A DNA stretch of 64,000 nucleotides, taken from Eledone cirrhosa. Taxonomy: Eukaryota. A program made the translations under genes and the position numbers. Positions 54,526 through 64,000 of this stretch are shown piece by piece (the stretch's first letter is position 1; each line of letters opens with the position of its first letter). The notes beneath the pieces are model-generated. The model was not told the DNA's origin. It did not search any database and saw only the letters and a list, made by a program, of their open reading frames with translations. The stretch is from the NCBI GenBank assembly GCA_964016885.1, contig OZ024755.1:6386001-6450000 (forward strand), given 5' to 3'.

Positions 54526-54670
54526 AATAATTGTTTTTACTCTTGGCACAAGGCCAGCAATAACCCAGTGCATTACTGGTACTTTATTTTATCGACCCCG
54601 TAAGGATGAAAGGCAAAGTTAACCTCGGCGGGATTTGAACTCAGACAAAGGACCGTCAATCTATGCTGTA
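54526..54670 (-). mobile_element. SINE family 1, 5' truncated
   Basis: Core and tail match. Confidence 0.9.
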
Positions 54671-54888
54671 AATCTTAATAACAAGAAAGTTATTTTACTA
54701 ATTTTTTTATATATATTTGTGATTATTTTCAAACACGTTGGCAGTGGTTTCTATTAGATTACAATGTAGTTTTTATTAGAGGGCTGTGTAGTTTCTATTA
54801 GAGGGCACTGTACTTTCTATTAGAACCCTTGAAACAAAATAGTTAACGGTTCTCACGTCTGTAGAATACTCATATTATTTTTGTCAGT

Positions 54889-55278
54889 AGGTGGATTGGC
54901 AGTATTGGTAGAGGGTCGGACGCCATGTTTTGTAGTATGGAGTTACCTCCCTTTGCGGTCTGAGTTCAAATCCCGCCGAGGTTAACTTTGCCTTTCATCC
55001 TTACGGGGTCGATAAAATAAAATACCAATAATACACTGAGATAATTGCTGGCCTTGTGCCAAAAGTAGAAACAATTATTTTTGTCAGTAGGTGGATTGGC
55101 AGTATCGGTAGAGGGTCAGACGCCATGCTTTGCAGCATATAGTTATGTCCTTTTGCAATCTGAGTTCAAATCCCACCGAGGTTAACTTTGCCTTTCATCC
55201 TTACGGGGTCGATAAAATAAAGTACCAGTAATACACTGCTATAATTGCTGGCCTTGTGCCAAAAGTAGAAACAATTAT
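54889..55278 (+). mobile_element. Two tandem SINE family 1 copies
   Basis: 200-bp period; both preceded by attatttttgtcagta. Confidence 0.92.
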
Positions 55279-55799
55279 CTAAGATTCATGACCACAGGTA
55301 AGAGTTGGCACGAATACCGAATTAAAGATTACTTTTTACACCTACGTCCCTTCTGATTACTGAAGCTGGTGCATTACTGCATTACTGCACCAGCTGCTGC
55401 AATTCCGAAAAAACGAAAGGTAAAATTAACGGCAATAGGATGTGAACAAAGAATATAAAATCGCGGAACCACGTTGTTGTGAAATGAAAACCTTAACCAC
55501 GCAGCCACATATATAAAGTGTAAGTCATTTTACATCCATCTACTTAATTAGTATATATTTAGCTTCGTTGTGAAAATAGAACCTGTGATTAACCACAGAT
55601 TCTACTTGTTCAGTGAGGGTAAATATATAAGGCAGCAAATTAGCAGATTCGTAAGAGACTCGGATAAACCGATGTATGCTATTCGTTTCGAATCACTACA
55701 TTTTGTATTCAAACCCCGCCTAAGTTAACTTTGAGTTTCACCTCAGGATACCGACAAATAAAGTATCAGTTTAGTAGTGTGTGTGTGTGTGTGTTTGAG

Positions 55800-56032
55800 A
55801 TCACACCTATGCAGGTTTAGCTGACCTCCAAGGTATATCTCGTTGGAGGTGTCTTGGGTAATTTAATGATAGGGACTCCAGTCCTATCATCTCATTTCTA
55901 TAGCTGAGTAAACTGGAGCAACGTGAAATAAAGTGCCTTGCTCAAAGAAACACATCACCCGGTCCGAGACTTGAACTCACAACCTTTCGATTGCAAGCCC
56001 AATGCTCTAACCACTAAGCCATGCGCCTTCAC
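55800..56032 (-). mobile_element. SINE family 2, full length
   Basis: Minus: A box tggcttagtgg, B box gttcaagtc, core ctttgagcaaggcactttatttcacgttgctccag. Confidence 0.9.
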
Positions 56033-56393
56033 AAGTTTAGTAGTGGCCTTACTTGTCTGTCTCTCTCTCTCTCTCCTTCTCTCGGAGCATTTGGCCCGAG
56101 TCCAGACCTAGAAGGGATAAACTGTCAGCTTTAAATGTCCAAGACACGCAACAGATCACTGTGGCGCCCTATGACATCATTACAAGTTAAGGGCCCATGT
56201 AACGTCATGAGACTAAAGTTATATAACAATGGAAATATATTTAGGTCATTTATTTCCTGGAACACTGTAACAGAATCACACACACACACTTAATGGTAGG
56301 CATCTGTTTAATTAAACACGTGCCTTCGTGCTGAAGCAACTCTGCGTAATGGACGCTTCAGTCAACAAGTGTTCATCTACACGTTCACGTGCG

Positions 56394-56670
56394 AACATAT
56401 ACACCCGCATCGCGAGACACATACATACAACAGAACATATACACCCGCATCGCGAGACACGTACATACACCAGAACATATACACCCGCATCGCGAGACAC
56501 GTACATACACCAGAACATATACACCCGCATCGCGAGACACGTACATACAACAGAACATATACACCCGCATCGCGAGACACGTACATACAACAGAACATAT
56601 ACACCCGCATCGCGAGACACGTACATACAACAGAACACATACACCCGCATATCGCGAGACACATACATAC
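56394..56670. repeat. 40-bp minisatellite, ~7 units
   Basis: aacatatacacccgcatcgcgagacacgtacatacaacag. Confidence 0.95.
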
Positions 56671-57079
56671 ACCATATGCGCATATGTAAGTCTGTATTTT
56701 TTCGGGTGTGGTGTAAGTGTGTGTGTGTGTGTGCGTGTATGTAATACAATTATCTTTACACATACAATATATATCTTACATACATATGTTATATATCATT
56801 GGCGCAAAGCCAGAAATTTAGGGGAAGCTTTCTACTTGGTTGTAGGCTAACTTCAATATGGCATACCCCTTCTTTATTACGATCATCGATACCACCACCT
56901 ATATCGAAGTTAACAATAATTGAGAAGTCTTAATGTGGTCACTCAACCTGCTTGAAATAGAAACCAATTCTCCCTTATATCATTTAAGCCACACTGCCTT
57001 AAAAAAAGAAAGGTTACAGTGGATAATACACTCCACTGTTTGGACAAAGAGAAATAAAAGAAGACTGGGGATGCTACGA

Positions 57080-57290
57080 CTTTTCTTCACCCACATATTC
57101 CAGAAGGGTTCGTTGGGGGGGGGGGTCTCAAACGCTTATTCTAGCGGCTCCTGTCAGAAGCAACCCTCTCGAATTGATCCGGCTGGATCCCCAAGCGTGA
57201 CCAGTCATATATTTTATCCATCTATCTTGCTCGGGTCTACCCCTGGGTCTCCTGCCTGTTGGTTTTGCCCGTAAAGTCTGTCCAGCGATG
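57080..57290 (-). mobile_element. RTE-type LINE 3' fragment (same family as 43930)
   Basis: Minus translation IAGQTLRAKPTGRRPRGRP. Confidence 0.75.
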
Positions 57291-57547
57291 ATCACAAAAA
57301 ATCATGTTCGTTTGGTCACAGAGCTATTCGTTTGATGATAATCTAGGACTATACAACAACACTAACAACAGCAACAGAAGCAATTATTTTGTTATCAATT
57401 TAGGGAGTCTTTCGCAACAGTAATTGTCTCAAATATAAATAAGTCGACAGTCTGGCTCGTCATTAAAAAATAAAAATATTCAATAAAACGGTCCGTTTCT
57501 TCAAAACCTAATTAAAAGATTTATGACAAATGTATAATCATCATAAT

Positions 57548-57685
57548 AATAATTGTTTCTACTTTTGGCACAAGGCCAGCAATAAACCAGTGTATTACTG
57601 GTACTTTATTTTATCGACCCCGTAAGGATGAAAGGCAAAGTTGACCTCGGCGGGATTTGAACTCAGACCATAAAGGGCCGTAATA
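57548..57685 (-). mobile_element. SINE family 1, 5' truncated
   Basis: Core and tail match. Confidence 0.9.
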
Positions 57686-57894
57686 TATGACGTCTTTTTA
57701 GAAGCCAATATTTCTGCTCAAGCCTTATTGGTAGACCGTTAATGCCAATTAAATATTTGTTATTACTTGAAATTAAAAACAAAGCAGACAATACAGTATA
57801 TTACTTTAACGCTTGGTATAATAGAAAAAGAGTTTCGGACACTAATCCTTCGTCAAAAGATTCTCCCTCTCTCTTTATATATATATATATATAT

Positions 57895-57933
<39 letters not shown>

Positions 57934-58142
57934 AGAGGGGGTGGAGAGATAGGTATATAGAAGTAGCATAATTATTGTTGATAAAGTACGTAATCTCCAT
58001 TATTACAAATTCTATGGAAGCCTTGTCACAGTTAATCATCTCCTCTGAATATCTATATATAAATATACGGATAAACTTTAAAGCAGGTTTGCGTAATTAT
58101 CATACATAGTTACATATAAATATATATGTGGTGAGGGTGCGT

Positions 58143-58186
<44 letters not shown>

Positions 58187-58187
<1 letters not shown>

Positions 58188-58800
58188 AAGGCGGGTAAAA
58201 TTCCCGAGATCCATGGACGAGTTCTCTCCACCGGTCTCTGTCCCTCATTATCGCTGCCATGTCCTGCGTCTCCAACAGACCAGTGTCTGTCCTTAAGGCA
58301 TCAACATACGTTAACCTTGGTCTTCCTCTTCTAGTGTGTCCATGTAAGGGCTGGCTCCCACAGGAGCACTGAGTGCAATGTCAACTCTGGATGTCTGTGA
58401 GCATGTCCAGCTAACCTCAGTCTCCTCTGGTCACTTTTGAGCTGACTTTTGGGATGTTCCCATACAGCTCTGAGTTTTTCAACCTCAGTGTATACTGATT
58501 AATGTTCAGAGCCATCCTCAGCATTCTCGTGTAGCACCCATCCACTATCTGAGTGAGTTTCTTGGTCAGTGTCCAAGTCTCAGACCCGTACAGCAGCACA
58601 GACTCCACTACAGCAATGAAGAGGCGGATTTTCAGGTCTTTACGAAGGTCCGACTTCCACACCGATATCAAGCTGTGGCACGCCGCCTAGGCTTTGCCCT
58701 TCCTCTCAACCACATCATCTTCCGTATTCCCAATCTTTGCTCCCAAATACAGGAAGTCCTCAACCAATTCTAGCGGCTTCCCGCCTACATTAGTGATCCC
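58187..58800 (-). mobile_element. 5'-truncated RTE-type LINE (RT C-terminus to 3' end) in (TA)n
   Basis: VEDFLYLGAKI..RKGKA*AACHSLISVWKSDL..KIRLFIAVVESVLLYGSETWTLT..DGCYTRMLRMALNI; one stop and later frameshifts. Confidence 0.92.
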
Positions 58801-58811
58801 TATATATATAT

Positions 58812-58891
58812 AGCGAAGGAAGTGTGGTATTTCAGTCCAGAAATATCCGTCGAAACGGCTTGAGCTCTGCCGTCGGGGTCCTGAACCTTTT

Positions 58892-58893
<2 letters not shown>
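58812..58893. mobile_element. Fold-back element family H1, short copy
   Basis: About 17 nt of reversed tail joined to forward arm GAAACGGC-ttgagctct-GCCGTC-ggggtcc. Confidence 0.8.
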
Positions 58894-58930
<37 letters not shown>

Positions 58931-59296
58931 TCGTGTCGACGTGTGTGTGTGTACATATATTTTAAATGTAAGTTTACATGAACATATTGAAAAGATATAA
59001 AAACCGTGACTGTTAGGAATCCTACGCAAATCACCACTCGCGTGTGTGTAGGTACATAATATATATTATAACATGAATTGATTAACATCATATTAGAAAG
59101 AATTTTGGGGGTTTGCTTTAAGAGTCATAAAAATAAAATTGTTTCAGAACCAGCCTAAAATTACTTTCAGAAAGACACACACGGATGTATATATATAATG
59201 CAATGAAATACCAATGATGGTTGGAAAATTACTGACGAAGGACTATTTTTATCATATGTAACCCATGTGCAAACCACGCAGTATTCTTCTTTCTTC

Positions 59297-59338
<42 letters not shown>

Positions 59339-60562
59339 TTCGCGTTTTCGTGGGCTGGATGCGCATCTCTCTCTGTACTCATCTTTCCATATATATATAT
59401 ATAAATAAGAGAGAAAGAGAGAGAGAGGGGGGGGGGGGGTCGCAGATAAGTACGGAAGTGACTTCAATTGTGGAAGAAATATTATTTTTCATACTCATAA
59501 ATAAATGACAAACAAAAAACAAAACGTATTCAATTTACTGATGCCTTCGAAATGAAACGTAATTCACTGGTAAGACCGACTTTTCTAGTATCGACGTGTA
59601 GCTAACTGCAAGACTTGTTCAAGATTAGACCGAAAACATTTTGCTTCCTTTATGTAGCACAAGTTCTTTAACTCATAGATATGTGTATGTCTAAAAAAAT
59701 CATTTTTACTTATGATCTCACCATCACACTAATCGTATGTATGACACCGTAACACCAGATGGAGTCGCAGAAGGGAAGTAAGGACATAAATATCTTAGGT
59801 ATTTAAACTGGGTGGAGCGCATCCATCTCCACGCCTGAACATAAGCAATTTCTTTTTTACAAAGAAGGGAAGACAGAATGAGAGAAAGGATATGAGGGTG
59901 AGTAATGAAGGAAGAGTCCCCCCCCCCCAATATTAGACTGGTAGTTTTTCGTCGACCTTGAATGAATGAAAGGCAAAATTGATCTCGTCCAGATTTGATT
60001 TAAAGTCACCATATTTACGACTTATCTAAACCTTTCTAATTGTTTCATAGTAATACCCCGTCTGTCGTTAATTATGATAAATTCCTGAGGAGTCCCGTGT
60101 TTCAACAATCGTCCATGAGTGAGCTAACGTGGGAAAATGAAATTACTAAATCAAATTAAAGAACTTTATACATACATGAACAAATAAAATAACAAATAGA
60201 TCCGACGATGGATAAAAACAACCATTATCAGGCATATTCTTGACCAATATTTGAATTGGGGCAGATAGAATAACGTATCTTGTTGGTAAAATCCACTACA
60301 CTCCTTTAGTATATGGGAAAGTGTGCTGATAAGCTTTCAAAAATATAGTGAGTCGAAAAGTTTTCAGCACATGAAAGTATCAATTAATGGTATCGAATTC
60401 TAGGCCACATGATTGAGAAGCTAACTTGCTAACTTCTAAATTTTGCCATATGTGAATAATTCATTATCTTTGGTATAGAAGCAAATATTGTGCAGATGTT
60501 ACATCCTCACAAGTGTACAGCGGTTAAAAGTAGAAATATCGTTTTCCTAACATAAGCTCAGT

Positions 60563-60720
60563 CATGGTTGTGTGGTTAACAGTTTCGGTTCGCAACCATG
60601 TATTTTTGGATTCAGTCATACTGTACCATACTTCAGCTAAGTATCTTATAGATTCAAGTTGATCAATGGCTTTTGAGGGAAATTTGGTAGACGGAAACTA
60701 CGCAAAAGCCTGCCGTGTAT
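60563..60720 (+). mobile_element. SINE family 3 (CORE-like)
   Basis: Head atggttgtgtggttaa..gcaaccatg; tail ttggtagacggaaacta..aagcctgccgt followed by microsatellite. Confidence 0.6.
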
Positions 60721-60721
60721 G

Positions 60722-60755
<34 letters not shown>

Positions 60756-60759
<4 letters not shown>

Positions 60760-60928
60760 GAAGGAAGTGTGGTAAGGAACCAGGTGGACCATAACGCACC
60801 AGAGTACTCGATACTTAGGGTAGTAGAGTGGGTAATAGGAAAAGAGTCAGGACCCCGACGGCTGAGTTCCGGCGGTTTCTAGCTGTCGAACCGGCCGGAG
60901 CTCAGCCGTAGGGGTCCTGACTCTTTTC

Positions 60929-60930
<2 letters not shown>
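60756..60930. mobile_element. Fold-back element family H1
   Basis: Reversed tail plus arms ataggaaaagagtcaggacccc...ggggtcctgactcttttcctat; TA flanks. Confidence 0.85.
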
Positions 60931-60961
<31 letters not shown>

Positions 60962-61139
60962 CATACATGTACATGTGTGAGTTTGTCCCTACGCTTGTAT
61001 TTATCTCATATCAGTGGTTCGACAACGAATTTAGATCGATACAATAAGTACCAGATATCAAGAAATATACGTACTTGGGTCGATATTATTGACTAAATCC
61101 ATTTAATAAAAGAATAAAAGAAAAATATTTGTCTATCCC

Positions 61140-61290
61140 AGAGACAAGGCCAAACGCATTTTGAGAGACAGCTGTAATCGATTTATTGAACAATAGTACT
61201 TTATTGGCAATTTCTTTATTGATCCACCATGGATGAAAGGAAAAGTCGGCCTTGACAGCATTTGAGCCCAGAATATAAAATGACGTAAAT
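61140..61290 (-). mobile_element. Old SINE family 1 copy
   Basis: acaaggccaa..ggatgaaaggaaaagtcggccttgacagcatttgagcccag. Confidence 0.6.
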
Positions 61291-62950
61291 AAATACAAGC
61301 TATTTTGTCTATTACTTCAGAGTCGATAAATCAAGTAGAAGACTAGAGCGGTGGATTGGTTGAATTGTTCGAGTTCTAACCCGGATGACATGTGGTCATA
61401 TGATATCTCTTCTGACCAGATACATTCTGTCACCTTTTGTCACCGAAAAAATGGAAAAATGTTAAGATCATGGACCTCATATCCCACATTGACTCATTTT
61501 CTAAAAGTTAAGTATAGATGTGTGTGACACGCTCGACAGCTTTCAGGTTAATAACATGAGCAACAGTTCTGTTGATCGAAAGAAAGAGAAAACAAACATT
61601 CATCGTCGAAACTGACGATGGTTCATTCCCTTCCGCTCGATGTCATCTAAGATATTCTGGGTGAGAAACGAAATCAAGAGATCAAATGGCCGAAAAATGG
61701 TCGCTGTTATATTACTATTGATGTCTTTACGCAGTTAGTCGAACTGCAAGAAATAGCTATCAAATCGACCTCGAACCAGGTTTTGGATATTGGTTTCTAT
61801 TGGCGCAACACCAGCAATTTATGGCCAAGGGGCTGTCAATTAGTTTGACCCCAATACTTGTCCGATATATATAGTACACCTTCTCCAGAAGAAAAAAGTT
61901 GTCGAAAACGTTTCTTGCAGAATGAGAACTACGTTAAGAAAGAAGCACACACCTCGACTGATCTTAAAATCCAGTGCCCTCTCTGACAATAGTATTCAAG
62001 ACACGGTGCCACGCCAATACTGTCATGCAACGTCCTCAAAGACAAAGTACAAGCCACATAGCACTACTTATTCTGAGACCAACTCCCACCTCCTTGACCG
62101 CAATAACATCCTAGCTATCATGCTGTCGCTTAAGCTAACCATAATTAGATGTCAAACACTCCTCAAATAGCACTCTTCATTATTTATTAAAGTGACACTC
62201 TGGATAATGTAGTCCAAGATATACTATGCTTGGATTATTCAAAATCTGAATGGCCAAATCTTGAGTGCATTTGTCTATACGGCCAGATCTGACGCACACT
62301 ATAACAATAAGGACAGAGAGTAATAATTTCTATGTGAGGCACAACACTTCAAAAGCTGGTAATAGGGGGTCATTTCAATATATCGATCTCACTACTTGAC
62401 TGGTATTTGCTTTTGTTGACCGAGGACAATCAAAGTTGACCTTAACGTGGTTTGAACGTATGTTTCAGAACACCGTAAATAAATAACACAAAAGGTGCAA
62501 CCGATTCTGGTTTCCACCATTCTAAACAACTAAATCAACAATAATAATCATGGATCCATTGACTTGGTTATTAGGGGTCCCTCGTTGGGGTAGAAATAGC
62601 AGCCAAATCCCCCTCAACGCGTTTAATCATGTGTCCGCTCTCATCAAGCTGGCATGTGGCTAATCACGACAGTCATTGCAGAAGTATCTTTGATCATAGG
62701 TCTGCTCTATGCAAACTAATCTTAGGTTAATGGTGATGGTCATGGTAGAAACGTTTTTATCGTAGATCTGCTCAACGGAAACCTACCGTGAGCTAAACGG
62801 TAGAGATGAAAGCAGTAACTCTAAAGCTACGAATGTAGAGAACAATAACATATTCCTACAGTCACTGGTGCAATGTTGTTGGTGGGACTTCGTCTGGTTT
62901 AGCGACGAGTGGGAACAAACGACGAAACAGCTTGTTGGTGAAAATTTACG

Positions 62951-63245
62951 TTGTTGTTTGTTGTTGTTTGTTGTTGTTTGTTATTGTTGTTTGTTATTGT
63001 TGTTGTTACAGCTCACACCTATGCAGGTTTAGCTGGCCTACTCCAAAGGATATCTCGTTGGAGGTGTCTTGGGGGATTTAATGATAGGATCCCCAGTCCT
63101 ATCATATTTACGTGCAGGTGGCTGAGTATTTCACACATAGGTTCACTCTTCATGCAATTCTAGGAGATTCAGCGCGACAATGTGGAACACAGCTGGTACT
63201 TTCAATCACACGTACACTTCATTTTTCTGAGTTGAGTAGACGGAA
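62951..63245 (-). mobile_element. SINE family 2 3' part with (CAA)-type tail joined to a variant fragment
   Basis: 63005-63105 matches 43645-43745; gtgcaggtggctgagtatt segment follows. Confidence 0.75.
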
Positions 63246-63259
63246 ACTGTTTAAAATAT

Positions 63260-63326
63260 AATTGTTTCTACTTTTGGCAAAAGGCCAGCAATTATCCCAG
63301 TGCTTTATTTTATCGACGCCGTAAGA
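63260..63326 (-). mobile_element. SINE family 1 3' fragment
   Basis: aattgtttctacttttggcaaaaggccagcaattatcccagtg. Confidence 0.8.
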
Positions 63327-64000
63327 ATTTTAGTGCCTTGCACAAAGATATAAGGTAGACCCTGGAATCGAACTCATGATCCAGTGATGGCGAGATTAAC
63401 AACTGAATCAATAAACCTACTCCAGTACAAACTGAAGATTCACGAAACATCTAAATGAATATACACACCACTTAGATATATAAATGCAGGTGTATTCGTT
63501 GATGGAAGAATATATACATGCATGTACAAAGCACACGTATATACATACACAGGCACACCTACTTACAAACACACAGTCATACAGACGTGCACATATTCAT
63601 ATATACATGCAGACATAGATAACTATACACATACGTATATATACACGAGTGCACATACACACACATACATACCTGCATGTACACGCCTCCAAACACACAT
63701 ACATACACTCATTCACACACATGCATAGATATATATATATACAGCTTTATTTGCCTCGGCGGAATATTTCTGACCAATGAAATAACTAAGTATTTATGTA
63801 AGTAGAGACACATATACAAATACAACCACGCGTACACGTGCACACACGCACGTGTGTTTGTCTGTGCGCGCGTGCAGTTACGAATTCATCTGTTTCTTTC
63901 TCTCTCTCTCTTTCACTATGTATGTATGTGAGTATGTGTGTATGTATATATGTATATATGTATGTGTGTATGTATATATGTATATATGTATATGTGTGTA

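Noticed and set aside
55955-56032. tRNA gene (apparent TGC anticodon); also tRNA-like 4105-4177
   Set aside because: No proper acceptor stem; the 55955 sequence continues into a SINE body, so it is a SINE head; 4105 is too degenerate to call
59530-59570. ctgatgc..gaaacgta hammerhead-like motif
   Set aside because: Core mismatch and no stem I
63428-63460. ctgaagattcacgaaacatcta hammerhead-like motif
   Set aside because: Stems I and III do not pair

Overview
AT-rich, microsatellite-saturated eukaryotic non-coding DNA. The repeat content suggests a mollusc, probably an octopod cephalopod (inference, not verified). I found no intact host gene; nearly all listed ORFs are translations of (TA)n/(CA)n/trinucleotide tracts or minisatellites. 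The window holds about 25 copies of a tRNA-headed SINE with a Nin/Deu-like core, two further SINE groups, decayed RTE and CR1/L2-like LINE fragments, two MITE-like elements and many minisatellites. The main signal is a set of about 13 short inserts, mostly within (TA)n tracts, from about 7 unrelated sequence families. Most share one layout: a reversed 3' tail followed by a fold-back palindrome carrying type I hammerhead ribozyme (HHR) motifs. Two HHRs are essentially complete (11331-11385, 37983-38053), one is degenerate (52269-52323), and the rest keep the GAAA-stem III-NUH half. A decayed Penelope-like RT-linker/GIY-YIG ORF at about 49230-49990, absent from the ORF track, points to Penelope-like retroelements as the likely source. 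All folds and alignments were done by eye.
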